From a virus, in the IMG/VR virus record IMGVR_UViG_3300045974_000166, positions 128,098 to 192,097 of that record: a stretch of 64,000 nt of DNA; one strand, 5' to 3'. The notes under the pieces were generated by a model. It had not been told where the DNA came from, searched no databases, and saw only the letters and a program-made list of their open reading frames with translations. Both the position numbers and the translations under genes were made by a program. Positions 32,921 to 42,490 of the stretch are shown here, in pieces (within the stretch, counting starts at the first letter, position 1; every line of letters begins with the position of its first letter).

Positions 32921-33613
32921 GTGCTTACATTTAAACAATTCATTTCAGAAAAATTCCATCTGACGCTTAAGTATCATCATGGGCTCAATGCAAAGCTTTG
33001 GGAGAATTCAGAACTCAAAGATGGAATAGCATCCTATCTCATTAAGAATGCAAGAAAATTTGCATCTTTTGCCGATGTACCAAGAGTAGCGGTAAACGAT
33101 ATCGTAATGACTGGTGGTAACTGCAACTATAACTATACTAAGTTTTCTGATATCGATGTGCATATCATGTGCAACGAAATTGATCTAGACGATACGGAGT
33201 ATTTCAAAAAGAAATCTGAATGGACTAAAGAACATCCAGAAATCAAAATACAGGGATACCCAGTTGAATACTATATCCAAGACGAAACAGAACATTTTCC
33301 AAATGGGCAAGGTGTTTATTCCCTACTTCATGGAAAATGGCTAGTCGAACCAAAACATTTAGATTCAGTAGATATTCTAAAGGATCCGAAGGTTTTAGAA
33401 CAAGTACAATTCTATATTCAGACTGCTAAAGATCTAGTAAAGAATGGTACCGAACAAGATATTTTAGACTTTAAAACAAAACTTTGGAAAATGAGATCAG
33501 CCGGCCTTGAACAAGGCGGCGAGTTCAGCTTTGAAAATGTGATGTACAAAGATCTTAGAAATCGCGGGTGGGTTGATAAATTAAATCATAAATTGGACGA
33601 ACTAACTAAATGA
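32921..33613 (+). CDS. Pol-beta superfamily nucleotidyltransferase
   Basis: MTGGNCNYNYTKFSDIDVHI; third acidic residue in PVEYYIQD. Confidence 0.75.
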   Translation: MLTFKQFISEKFHLTLKYHHGLNAKLWENSELKDGIASYLIKNARKFASFADVPRVAVNDIVMTGGNCNYNYTKFSDIDVHIMCNEIDLDDTEYFKKKSEWTKEHPEIKIQGYPVEYYIQDETEHFPNGQGVYSLLHGKWLVEPKHLDSVDILKDPKVLEQVQFYIQTAKDLVKNGTEQDILDFKTKLWKMRSAGLEQGGEFSFENVMYKDLRNRGWVDKLNHKLDELTK

Positions 33614-33978
33614 AAAAACTAATTGCACTTATTTTCTGTATCTGTAACATTGGATATACACAGACATTAGACCCACTGGTAGATTATAGATATGCCGGGG
33701 TCGTAGTCAGAGATGCCGATGGTAGTATCCATAGATCATCAAAACCTCTTACTGCTTTTAAAAAGAAATGGGCCTGTCCAAGTACTGGTGCTCATACTGG
33801 TGCTTGTCCAGGCTGGGCAATCGATCACGTAATTCCATTAGCTTGTGGTGGTGCAGATGCTATCTACAATATGCAATGGATGCCAGATGCAGGAAAATCT
33901 TGTGCAGCAGACTATTGCAAAGATAGATATGAACGTAAAATTTATGGTGGTAATGGCATGGGCAAAGCTTGCCCTTAA
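33610..33978 (+). CDS. secreted HNH-like nuclease
   Basis: signal peptide, CPSTG, IDHVIPLACGGAD, NMQW. Confidence 0.8.
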   Translation: MKKLIALIFCICNIGYTQTLDPLVDYRYAGVVVRDADGSIHRSSKPLTAFKKKWACPSTGAHTGACPGWAIDHVIPLACGGADAIYNMQWMPDAGKSCAADYCKDRYERKIYGGNGMGKACP

Positions 33979-34000
33979 TTAGTAATTTTAGGAGAAAATA

Positions 34001-34231
34001 ATGACGATAGAATCTAATGTAACAATGGCCGCAACCGATGTGTTGCTTTCGAATGCCTTAGGCAAAAAGTGGTACACATCTAAAACTTTTTGGGCCAATA
34101 CTGTAGCTATTCTGGCCTTGATGGCACAGATCAAATATGGATTTTTGATCTCTCCAGAATTACAGGCAATTGGTATGTCATTCATCAACGTTGGTCTTCG
34201 TAAAATTACGTCCGAACCAATCATTTGGTAA
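34001..34231 (+). CDS. small membrane protein, holin-like
   Basis: KKWYTSKTFW, two TM segments, VGLRKIT. Confidence 0.6.
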   Translation: MTIESNVTMAATDVLLSNALGKKWYTSKTFWANTVAILALMAQIKYGFLISPELQAIGMSFINVGLRKITSEPIIW

Positions 34232-34446
34232 TAGTAATGGAATCGATAGAAGATTATCTGTTAACGGTAAAGTCATACTCTCAAGAACTTTACAATACTT
34301 TGGTACAACTCTGGGGTGAGATGGGTTTTGATTCTTACATCAAGAATCGTTTGGTTGAAATGGAAGATAAAGAAAACTTCATTTTGGCGTCGGCACTACT
34401 CAAACTAGAAAAAGAACATTCGAGCTTGTTTCCCGAGTACGAATAA
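34225..34446 (+). CDS. hypothetical protein
   Basis: tandem ORF. Confidence 0.65.
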   Translation: MVIVMESIEDYLLTVKSYSQELYNTLVQLWGEMGFDSYIKNRLVEMEDKENFILASALLKLEKEHSSLFPEYE

Positions 34447-34447
34447 T

Positions 34448-34475
34448 TTTACTTTCTTTCTAATCATGGTATAAT
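34448..34475 (+). promoter_or_regulatory. early/middle-type promoter
   Basis: TTTACT-16-TATAAT. Confidence 0.65.
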
Positions 34476-34482
34476 TGAACTC

Positions 34483-34962
34483 ATGAAAGGGTTCAATGTG
34501 AAACTAAAAGATCAAATTTTCTTCATGGAAGTGGCAAAGCTTGCCGCTCTTAGATCGTATGCTATCCGACTTCAGGTTGGTGGTGTAGTTTGCGATGCTC
34601 GTGGAGATATGGTAGCATTTGCTTACAATGGTACTGTCCACGGTATGGACAATTGTTGCGAAGATGTGCTTACAGACTCAGAAGGGAATCCACTTATTGA
34701 TACACACGGAAAACCTTATCTTGTAACAAAACCAGACACTATTCACTGTGAACCAAATCTTATTGCACATGCTGCACGACGCGGCGTTTCGATTGCAGGT
34801 GGTTCTGTGTTTATTACACATTCGCCTTGTCAACCATGTGCGGCACTGATGCTTCAGGCCGGTATCAAAGAGGTTTATTTTCTAGAAGAACACAGATCGT
34901 TTGTAGATACAAGTGCAAAATATGGCAGAATGTTTAACCGACTTGAGAAATTTGTACCATGA
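34483..34962 (+). CDS. cd: dCMP deaminase
   Basis: AYNGT, IHCEPN (HxE), SPCQPC. Confidence 0.9.
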   Translation: MKGFNVKLKDQIFFMEVAKLAALRSYAIRLQVGGVVCDARGDMVAFAYNGTVHGMDNCCEDVLTDSEGNPLIDTHGKPYLVTKPDTIHCEPNLIAHAARRGVSIAGGSVFITHSPCQPCAALMLQAGIKEVYFLEEHRSFVDTSAKYGRMFNRLEKFVP

Positions 34963-35492
34963 ATTTTCATGATTATTCACTAGTTAGATTATTTCAAAAA
35001 GATTCAATTCAAATAATTGATCATATTTTAAAATTACCCGAAGCAGATCGTTATCTTCGATTTGGTTATAATTGTTCTGATGAGCGTGTAGAATTATATG
35101 TTCAAAATGCTTTAATACCAAGTCTTACACAACAGAATTTCTGGTATGGCATTTTTGATGGTGAATTGCTTGTTGCTACATTGCATATTGCTACAAATGG
35201 TGATGTTGCAGAATTTGCATTTACCACAGATATTGAATATCGAAGTCAAAAATTAGGTCAGTTATTGTTTGCTCGTGGTTATCAATTAGTTACTGAGTTT
35301 CAAATCAATCGTATATACATGGTATGTCTTAGCAAAAACTCCGCCATGCGCCATATCGCTAAGAAATTTGGTATGTCAGTAATGACTCAGGGATCAGATT
35401 CTGAAGCATCAGTTAATATTCAATACCCAGTACCATTATCCCGGTTAAATGAAGTTAAAATGTGCGTTATTGATAAAGGAATTGGCAAATGA
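34959..35492 (+). CDS. GNAT-family acetyltransferase
   Basis: YRSQKLGQLL motif A, NSAMRHIAKKFG. Confidence 0.8.
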   Translation: MNFHDYSLVRLFQKDSIQIIDHILKLPEADRYLRFGYNCSDERVELYVQNALIPSLTQQNFWYGIFDGELLVATLHIATNGDVAEFAFTTDIEYRSQKLGQLLFARGYQLVTEFQINRIYMVCLSKNSAMRHIAKKFGMSVMTQGSDSEASVNIQYPVPLSRLNEVKMCVIDKGIGK

Positions 35493-35734
35493 GAGTATAT
35501 TCTACAGAATCAGCAGAAAAGATTTATAATTATACGAAAAATGAACTTGAATCAAAACTTGTGTCATTATCTCGTGTAAAACAGTTAATGAAATGGGTTA
35601 AGAAGTATTCAAATGTTGGCGCGTATCTTGAATGCGAAGAAGTTAAACCAAATCAATATCGAGTTGCTATCTTTGCCCCAAAGATTCACATTGACACGTA
35701 TGGAAACATGGCTATCGTCAAGAGCCCTGCTTAG
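35489..35734 (+). CDS. hypothetical protein
   Basis: ATGA overlap. Confidence 0.65.
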   Translation: MRVYSTESAEKIYNYTKNELESKLVSLSRVKQLMKWVKKYSNVGAYLECEEVKPNQYRVAIFAPKIHIDTYGNMAIVKSPA

Positions 35735-35810
35735 ATCGTCGTAGAATGATCGTCCAGTTCTGGGTAGGTATGTTACTATTCCCGAGCAAAATAGATCGTT
35801 GGACTAGTAA

Positions 35811-35839
35811 TTTACACATATTCCTCATTGGTTTATAAT
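35811..35839 (+). promoter_or_regulatory. early promoter
   Basis: TTTACA-17-TATAAT. Confidence 0.85.
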
Positions 35840-36007
35840 CAATACATGGAAACGAAATATGAATTTGAAATCTTCTGGAAACAGAAGTCCATCATCGGAA
35901 CCGAACTGGACTGTTCATTCAGAACGACTGCCGATGCTGTCAAAAAGCATCTTTCGTCCCTTCTGAAAAAGAAGAACCGTTTCGGCATTGGTTGCCGTAA
36001 GCTTTAA

Positions 36008-36036
36008 TTTACACATATTCAGCATTGTTTTATAAT
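36008..36036 (+). promoter_or_regulatory. early promoter
   Basis: TTTACA-17-TATAAT. Confidence 0.85.
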
Positions 36037-36960
36037 AAACCAACTTCTCCAAATCACAAAGGAAAACAAATGGCTAAAATCGAAAACAACTCTGGTGTCT
36101 ATTCCTTCACAGACGTCGACGGCAAGGTCCGTAAATCTAAGAACGAATCACACATTCAGTACCTTTTCAAGAAGTCGTACGGCAAGAATGCTGTTGCTAC
36201 TGCCGCTGATGTGGTTACCGAATCAGAATTCAGCATCAACGAACGCTTCGAATTCATTGAGAACTATGTTTCGATGGTTGCCGAACAAATTCAACCTTCA
36301 GTCATTTTGACTGGTTCTGGTGGCATTGGCAAAACCTACACTGTGAACAAGGCTCTGAAGGCCGAAGGTTTCACTGATGTGTCGAACCTGGAATCGTTTG
36401 TCGAAGGTCAAGCTCTCCCACGTAAGCACTACCGTGTGATCAAGGGTTACTCCACTGCTAAGGCCATGTATCGTCTCTTGTATGAAAACAAGAATTCGAT
36501 CCTGATTTTTGATGACTGTGACTCTGTGTTCAAGGATGCAGATGCTGCCAACGTTCTGAAAAGTGCTTTGGATTCTTCATCTGAACGGATTGTGTGCTGG
36601 AATGCAGAAACCCGTGACGAAGATCTGCCTCGCTCTTTCCGTTACACCGGTGGCGTTATCTTTATATCTAACCTGTCTAAGGACAAGATTCCTCAAGCTC
36701 TGCGTACTCGTGCAGTTTGTGTTGATGTGTCCATGAAGTTGGAAGAAAAAATTGAACGGATGAAGCACATCCTGGAAGATTCTGAATTCATGCCTGAAGC
36801 TGACATCAGTATCAAGCGTACGGCTCTGAAGATCATCGACCAGTACAAGGCACAGGCTCGTGAAGTGTCTATGCGCTCACTGATCCAAGTGATCCGTATC
36901 GGCCAAAAGTTCACAGGCGAAAAATTTGCCAAAATGGCTCAATACAGTCTTACGAATTAA
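36025..36960 (+). CDS. AAA-family P-loop ATPase (start probably 36070)
   Basis: GSGGIGKT Walker A, ILIFDDCD Walker B, FISN. Confidence 0.85.
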   Translation: MFYNKPTSPNHKGKQMAKIENNSGVYSFTDVDGKVRKSKNESHIQYLFKKSYGKNAVATAADVVTESEFSINERFEFIENYVSMVAEQIQPSVILTGSGGIGKTYTVNKALKAEGFTDVSNLESFVEGQALPRKHYRVIKGYSTAKAMYRLLYENKNSILIFDDCDSVFKDADAANVLKSALDSSSERIVCWNAETRDEDLPRSFRYTGGVIFISNLSKDKIPQALRTRAVCVDVSMKLEEKIERMKHILEDSEFMPEADISIKRTALKIIDQYKAQAREVSMRSLIQVIRIGQKFTGEKFAKMAQYSLTN

Positions 36961-37117
36961 AATGAAATTTGATCATCACATAAATTACTGGGCTTGTTTT
37001 ATTTTATCGGCTATTTGGGAGACAAGCGAAAAGCCCCATGCCGGAAGTATTGCCATATTTTGGTTCTGCTTAGCCCTATTTTTCATAGTTTTTAGGAGTA
37101 AAAATGAAAACGATTAA
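36926..37117 (+). CDS. small membrane protein
   Basis: two hydrophobic segments. Confidence 0.5.
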   Translation: MPKWLNTVLRIKMKFDHHINYWACFILSAIWETSEKPHAGSIAIFWFCLALFFIVFRSKNEND

Positions 37118-37463
37118 ACTTGCCCTTGTGGGCCTTGCACTCAGTACCGCGGCAGTCGCTGCTTTTGCTCAACATCGTCACCCGGGATATTACGAAAATT
37201 CTGGTGATCGAGATCGTAATCTCGGCATTGGCCTGATCATCGGCGCACTGGGTGCTACGGCAATTTACCAGAGTCGCCAACCTGTGTATGAACAACCACC
37301 GGTAGTCGTTGTTCCACCTCCAGTGGTGTATTACCCAGCTCCGCCTGTGTACGTCGAACAACCACCTGTAGTTTATCTGCAGGACGGCACTCGGCTTACT
37401 TATTCTTACCGCTCTGGTCTGTGGGTTGATAACCGCGGCCGGGCATATAACCTCCCACGTTAA
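37104..37463 (+). CDS. secreted Pro/Val/Tyr-rich protein
   Basis: signal peptide, Gly-zipper, PPVVVVPPPVVYYPAPP. Confidence 0.8.
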   Translation: MKTIKLALVGLALSTAAVAAFAQHRHPGYYENSGDRDRNLGIGLIIGALGATAIYQSRQPVYEQPPVVVVPPPVVYYPAPPVYVEQPPVVYLQDGTRLTYSYRSGLWVDNRGRAYNLPR

Positions 37464-37466
37464 ATA

Positions 37467-37763
37467 ATGAACCTGCTAATACACGGCTATCGCTTAGTTC
37501 TGACATGTTGCGCATGTCCAGAGCAGTACGATGTACACGATGATGAAGGTAAGCAAGTTGCTTACATTCGTTTACGACGTGGTGTCTGTTCTGTCCAATG
37601 CCCAGATTATGGTGGTGAAGTAGTTTATACTGCTGAACCAAAGGGTGATGGAATATTTCATGATGACGAACGGATGAAGTATCTGTATGCAGCTATTTTA
37701 GCTGTGCAGGAATGGCAGATCCGTGAACGGTATAAACCGACTAAGGAAGATGATGAGTCCTGA
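37467..37763 (+). CDS. conserved phage hypothetical protein
   Basis: CCACPEQYDV...YIRLRRG. Confidence 0.75.
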   Translation: MNLLIHGYRLVLTCCACPEQYDVHDDEGKQVAYIRLRRGVCSVQCPDYGGEVVYTAEPKGDGIFHDDERMKYLYAAILAVQEWQIRERYKPTKEDDES

Positions 37764-38295
37764 ACTCGACGAACAACTATGTAAGCGGTATCCGCTGATC
37801 TTTGAAAATCGCCATGCTTCTATGCAAGAAACCTGCATGTGCTGGGGCTTGGAAGTAGGTGATGGTTGGTACAACATTTTAGATCAACTGTGTGCGAATA
37901 TTCAATGGCACATTGATGGTACTAAAAAGTCACGTGTGACCGCACTAGAATATAATTTTGTCCAACAACAAGCAAGACTTGGAAACTGGGATCCGTTTGA
38001 TAAGTACTATGATTACATAAGTACTCCAGATCAGATTCGTCGATACAAGGATGATATTCTGAAATCTGGTGATCGGACTGTACCCGCGCTTGTTGAGCAA
38101 GTAATTGCTACTCAAGTCAAAGAGAAATTTGGTACACTAAGATTTTATTACTCTGGTGGTGATGAAACAATTTCTGGTATGCTGTACATGGCCGAATCTA
38201 TGACAGAAGTAACATGTGAGGTATGTGGAGCTCCAGGTAAACGAAATGATAGTGGATGGCTTTCTGTTCGGTGTGAGGCACATAGACAAAAATAA
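37723..38295 (+). CDS. conserved phage hypothetical protein
   Basis: GDGWY, QVKEKFGTLRFY, TCEVCGAPG. Confidence 0.8.
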   Translation: MNGINRLRKMMSPELDEQLCKRYPLIFENRHASMQETCMCWGLEVGDGWYNILDQLCANIQWHIDGTKKSRVTALEYNFVQQQARLGNWDPFDKYYDYISTPDQIRRYKDDILKSGDRTVPALVEQVIATQVKEKFGTLRFYYSGGDETISGMLYMAESMTEVTCEVCGAPGKRNDSGWLSVRCEAHRQK

Positions 38296-38297
38296 AT

Positions 38298-38326
38298 TTT
38301 ATAACCGTTTCTAATGGGTGTATAAT
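38298..38326 (+). promoter_or_regulatory. promoter for the Y-like RNA / DUF2828 unit
   Basis: TTTATA-17-TATAAT. Confidence 0.7.
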
Positions 38327-38335
38327 GAAGGTATA

Positions 38336-38452
38336 AGGATCGGTTCTGCAATATTAAAAATTAAAGGACGTTGCTTGATACCCGGACAACAAACTCCGGA
38401 TTCAGTAACACACAAGCTCTAGATCTTGTAAAAAATCTATAAAGACGATCCT
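38336..38452 (+). ncRNA. Y-RNA-like element Y5
   Basis: AGGATCG-GTTCTGCAA ... CGATCCT-GTT. Confidence 0.65.
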
Positions 38453-38468
38453 GTTAAAATTTGATTAG

Positions 38469-38584
38469 AGGTTGGGTTCAGCAAATACTTAGCGGCTTCG
38501 CGGCCGCACCTAGTAAGATGCCTTCGGGTATCACAGTGAGTTTGGAATGTCTCACTGCAAAAACAAAAAGTACAAAACCAACCT
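38469..38584 (+). ncRNA. Y-RNA-like element Y6
   Basis: AGGTTGG-GTTCAGCAA ... CCAACCT-GTT; two TTCG hairpins inside. Confidence 0.65.
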
Positions 38585-38595
38585 GTTATTTGTAA

Positions 38596-38853
38596 AGGAT
38601 GAGTACAGCATTTAAAATACAAGCTAATGTCCGAAGAATGTGCCGGTAGGATGATAGAAATATCAGCTCTGATGATTTAAAATCAGGGCCACAGAAGGAA
38701 CGGGATAGGTCGGCAAAGTACCGAATATATTGTCTCTGGTAGAAAAATCACAGAGACTAGGTAACATGAATTGTTGCTAGGGTCGCAGTAACTGAACCAA
38801 AACACAGGGGATGCAGGCGACCAGAACACTAAAATACTACGTTACACCATCCT
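38596..38853 (+). ncRNA. Y-RNA-like element Y7, large multi-hairpin cargo
   Basis: AGGATG-AGTACAGCAT ... CATCCT-GTT. Confidence 0.6.
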
Positions 38854-38896
38854 GTTAGTTTAGGTCGATATTGACCTGTTATAGAAAGAGAATATT

Positions 38897-40315
38897 ATGA
38901 ACGCATTCGTAAACGCCATTGCTGAACAAATTCAACGTACCGAAAACGGTATGAAGGCTCGTGCATCCACAGCTAACGCCTGTGTTGACCTGTTTTTCGC
39001 TATCGGTGCAAGCCGTGGCAAGAACATCATCCCTCAATTCACGGCGGCATTCGTAGAGAACTCTGACCTGGCTCTCCGCATCGTTGCGTGGGCTCGTGAC
39101 GTTCGTGGTGGTGCGGGTGAACGTGAAATCTTCCGTTCGGTGCTTTCACATCTCGAAACCGCTAATCCAGCGGCCGCTGTGGCTCTTGTTAAGAAGGTGC
39201 CTGAATTGGGCCGCTTCGATGATCTGTTGATCTTCAAGACTAAGCCTCTGAAGGAAACTGCTTACACTATCTTGGGTGACGCTCTGCGCGCTCAAAATGG
39301 TCTGGCGGCAAAGTGGACTCCTCGTAAGGGTGATGTCGCACGTGAAATCCGTGAGTTCTTCGGTATGAGCCCAAAGTTTTACCGCAAGTCTTTGGTGACA
39401 ATGTCTACTACTGTTGAGCAACAAATGTGTGCCGGCAAGTGGGATGACATCAACTACTCCCATGTGCCTTCGGTTGCTCATGCACGTTACAAGAAGGCCT
39501 TTGGTCGCCACGGTACAACCTATGCTGAGTACATCACCAAGTTGGTTAAGGGTGATGACCCAACTGTGAAGATCAATGCTTCGGCAATCTTCCCACATGA
39601 CGTGCTGAAGGGTCGTATCGACGGCTACGACATGACTTGGAATAAGCAAGAGCTCGATGTGATCGAAGCTCAATGGGCTGCTCTGCCTAACTACATTGGT
39701 GACGCTTCGGTGTTGCCATTGGTTGACGTGTCTGGCTCGATGACTTGTCCAGCGGGTAATAAGGGTACAACTACTTGTTTGGAAATTGCAGTGTCTCTGG
39801 GCCTGTACTTTGCAGACAAGAACAAGGGTGCCTTTAAGGACTGTATGCTGACTTTCAGCGACAAGCCACAGTTGGTGAAGCTGAAGGGCAACATCAACGA
39901 GAAGATCAACCAAATGGTCGCCGCTGATTGGGGCATGCGTACTAATCTGCACTCGGCATTCAACACAATCTTGGATGCAGCAGTGAAGAACTCTGTGCCA
40001 TCGGCAGATATGCCAGGTACTATGGTTATCTTCTCGGATATGCAATTCAATGCTTGTGTGCGTAACGATGACTCTGCCATGGAGATGATTGAACGTAAGT
40101 TTGCGGATGCAGGTTACACTGTGCCTAAGATTGTGTTCTGGAACTTGAACGCTGGTAACAACGTTCCTGTGAAGTTCGACAAGACTGGTGCCGCTCTGGT
40201 ATCTGGTTTCAGCCCAGCGGTTGCTTCGGCAATCTTGTCTGGTAATATAGACGACTTCACCCCAGAAGCGATCATGCTGAAGGCTGTGATGCAAACTCGA
40301 TACGATTTGGTATAA
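38897..40315 (+). CDS. DUF2828-family helical + vWA protein, Ro60/TROVE-like architecture
   Basis: RDVRGGAGER, GRFDDLL, AAKWTPR, vWA MIDAS VDVSGSM, TFSD, FSDMQF, VFWNL, VSGFS. Confidence 0.85.
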   Translation: MNAFVNAIAEQIQRTENGMKARASTANACVDLFFAIGASRGKNIIPQFTAAFVENSDLALRIVAWARDVRGGAGEREIFRSVLSHLETANPAAAVALVKKVPELGRFDDLLIFKTKPLKETAYTILGDALRAQNGLAAKWTPRKGDVAREIREFFGMSPKFYRKSLVTMSTTVEQQMCAGKWDDINYSHVPSVAHARYKKAFGRHGTTYAEYITKLVKGDDPTVKINASAIFPHDVLKGRIDGYDMTWNKQELDVIEAQWAALPNYIGDASVLPLVDVSGSMTCPAGNKGTTTCLEIAVSLGLYFADKNKGAFKDCMLTFSDKPQLVKLKGNINEKINQMVAADWGMRTNLHSAFNTILDAAVKNSVPSADMPGTMVIFSDMQFNACVRNDDSAMEMIERKFADAGYTVPKIVFWNLNAGNNVPVKFDKTGAALVSGFSPAVASAILSGNIDDFTPEAIMLKAVMQTRYDLV

Positions 40316-40334
40316 AGCTAAATCATCTATAAAT

Positions 40335-40366
40335 ACCCGTAAGGCTTCGGCTTTTCGGGTTTTTGC
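40335..40366 (+). terminator. intrinsic terminator
   Basis: ACCCG...GGC-TTCG-GCT...CGGGT then T run. Confidence 0.75.
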
Positions 40367-40380
40367 TTTGTAAAAAATAT

Positions 40381-40408
40381 TTTACTTTTCTTTCAAATTT
40401 GATAGAAT
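40381..40408 (+). promoter_or_regulatory. promoter
   Basis: TTTACT-16-TAGAAT. Confidence 0.6.
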
Positions 40409-40499
40409 AGTACTATAACTTGATTAAATAAGTATGTCGATTCCGGTACATTGCGACTACAATTAATGTACAAATTACTTTAAAAAGGCTTAGAAAACT

Positions 40500-41405
40500 A
40501 TGATGAACTTCGAATCTCTTTTGTCACAAATTGACTCAGTGACTGCTAAAAAGAAAAATTATAATGAAGGCTCCGAAACATATTGGAGATTGACCAAGGA
40601 CAAGGCTGGAAATGCTTCCGCTGTAATCCGATTCCTACCAAACAAAGAAATCAATGAGATTCCATTTGTGCGTTTGTACACTCATTCGTTCAAGGATCCA
40701 AGTACTCAACGTTGGTACATTGAAAACTCGCTTTCTACTTTGGGCATCCAAGACTATATCTCAGAGGTGAATCGCGAACTCTGGAATACCGGTCTGGATG
40801 AAAACAAGAAGATTGTATCGGCGCGTGGTCGTAAACTTAACTACATCTCAAACATCTTGGTTATCAAAGACCAAGAAAATCCTGAGAATGAAGGTAAGGT
40901 TTTCAAATTCAAGTACGGTAAGAAAATCTTTGACAAGATCGTGTCTGCTGCAAAGCCTGACGAAGATTTGGGTGAAGATCCAATCAACGTGTTCGACCCA
41001 GAAGAAGGCGCTGATTTCTTGCTGCGTATGACTATCGTTGCAAACTTCCCTAACTATGATACTTCTAAGTTCTCTTCTAAGAAACCAATTGCTGGTGGTA
41101 AGAAGAAGATTGATGAAGTTCTGTCCATGTGTTATCACTTGGAAGATGAAGTGGCTGCGGATAAGTTCAAGACTCCAGAAGAACTCAAGAAGAAATTCCT
41201 TTGGGTAACTGGTCAAGATGCTCCACGTAGTACACCTGCTGCTGACTATGACAAGGAACTTGATACACTTGCTAAGATTGCAGAGGAAGTTCCAGCTACA
41301 AAGGCTACAAAACCTGCTACTACTCAAAAGGCAAAAGCTCCTCCAGCAGCTACTGCTCCAGATGAGGATGAAGAAGCATTTTTTAACTCGCTCGTAAACG
41401 ATTAA
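40500..41405 (+). CDS. gp32: single-stranded DNA-binding protein gp32
   Basis: DKAGNASAVIRFLP, WYIENSLSTLG, FKYGKKIFDKI, NYDTSKF, acidic tail. Confidence 0.95.
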   Translation: MMNFESLLSQIDSVTAKKKNYNEGSETYWRLTKDKAGNASAVIRFLPNKEINEIPFVRLYTHSFKDPSTQRWYIENSLSTLGIQDYISEVNRELWNTGLDENKKIVSARGRKLNYISNILVIKDQENPENEGKVFKFKYGKKIFDKIVSAAKPDEDLGEDPINVFDPEEGADFLLRMTIVANFPNYDTSKFSSKKPIAGGKKKIDEVLSMCYHLEDEVAADKFKTPEELKKKFLWVTGQDAPRSTPAADYDKELDTLAKIAEEVPATKATKPATTQKAKAPPAATAPDEDEEAFFNSLVND

Positions 41406-41410
41406 AAAAT

Positions 41411-41447
41411 CTAGGTACGGCTTTAGTGTTTAGCCGTACCTAGTTTT
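41411..41447 (+). terminator. intrinsic terminator
   Basis: CTAGGTACGGCT / AGCCGTACCTAG then TTTT. Confidence 0.85.
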
Positions 41448-41477
41448 GAAAACACATTTTTATTATAGGAAAATCCA

Positions 41478-41714
41478 ATGACTCAAGAAAATTTTACACT
41501 CCAACTCACTTCTACCACAACTGGTGTTACCCCAAACGAACTTCGTTTGCTCGGTGTAGCATCACCTTCGAAGGTTGTTTCACGTCTACGTCGTAAGGGT
41601 GCATGCATCTTTACTAATCGCACCTCAGTTGGTACCGTATATCGTTTGGGTGCTCCAAGTGCTCGTATGATCGCTATGGCCTTTGCAGTTGCAGGCCCAC
41701 GTGCTTACATGTAA
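41478..41714 (+). CDS. small winged-helix-like protein
   Basis: SKVVSRLRRKG...YRLGAPS. Confidence 0.7.
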   Translation: MTQENFTLQLTSTTTGVTPNELRLLGVASPSKVVSRLRRKGACIFTNRTSVGTVYRLGAPSARMIAMAFAVAGPRAYM

Positions 41715-41752
41715 GTCACATAAATAGTTTTGTATCAATCAAAACTTTATTG

Positions 41753-41786
41753 AAGGGGTCGGATTGATAAAGTCCGATCCCTTTTT
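41753..41786 (+). terminator. intrinsic terminator
   Basis: AAGGGGTCGGA / TCCGATCCCTT then TTT. Confidence 0.7.
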
Positions 41787-41954
41787 AGCTATGAACAAAC
41801 TGATCCATAAAATTTTACACATAATCGGCAGAAATCGAGTTGATGTCATAACTTGGAAAGAAGAAGGCTTTATCCATTTTGGGCTCAAGTGTAAAGGGTG
41901 CGAGAGCATCAAAACAATAGAAAAAATCCCATTTGATGAAAGTGAAAATATAAA

Positions 41955-42254
41955 ATGAGCACACAAGTTGTAATTTTGAAAATGATTGACGGTACAGAAA
42001 TTTTAACAACCGTTTCTGAGAGCGCCGGTACATATTTCTGCCGAGATATTCTACAATTAGTTACTGATGTAGATGAACGTGGGCAGGGACGCATGGGTCT
42101 GCTTGACTTTATGCCGTATGCAGATAAGGAAGCAGGTTTTGCCGTACCATCGGCTGTTACCTCTCTGGCATTCCCATCAGAAGAATTGCTAAACCATTAC
42201 AATGAGCGATTCAAGAAAATCATTGTTCCACCAACTAAACTTACACTAGTATGA
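41955..42254 (+). CDS. conserved T4-like hypothetical protein (Sm-like fold possible)
   Basis: LKMIDGTEI...FMPYA...IIVP. Confidence 0.75.
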   Translation: MSTQVVILKMIDGTEILTTVSESAGTYFCRDILQLVTDVDERGQGRMGLLDFMPYADKEAGFAVPSAVTSLAFPSEELLNHYNERFKKIIVPPTKLTLV

Positions 42255-42490
42255 TTATGGTTACTCAATCAGCTATGGATGCACAAAAACTTTCTGGTTT
42301 TGCTCTATTAAAAGTTTTTGTGTACACTTTACTATTGTTTCCAGCATCTATAGTGATGCACACAATTTCTACACTTTTTGGATTTTTGATTACCATCATA
42401 CTAATTCCAACTTCAACTTATGATATCATCTATAAGTTTGAAAAAGCTAAATTAGTAATTAAAGAAAAGGCTAAAAATGGCACTCTATGA
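42251..42490 (+). CDS. small membrane protein
   Basis: hydrophobic core. Confidence 0.6.
   Translation: MIMVTQSAMDAQKLSGFALLKVFVYTLLLFPASIVMHTISTLFGFLITIILIPTSTYDIIYKFEKAKLVIKEKAKNGTL

Noticed and set aside
35735-35800. Three GATCGT repeats before a promoter
   Set aside because: Too short and irregularly spaced to separate from chance.
39146-40294. 382-aa minus-strand ORF
   Set aside because: Antisense shadow of the DUF2828 gene; no motifs, RBS or promoter seen.
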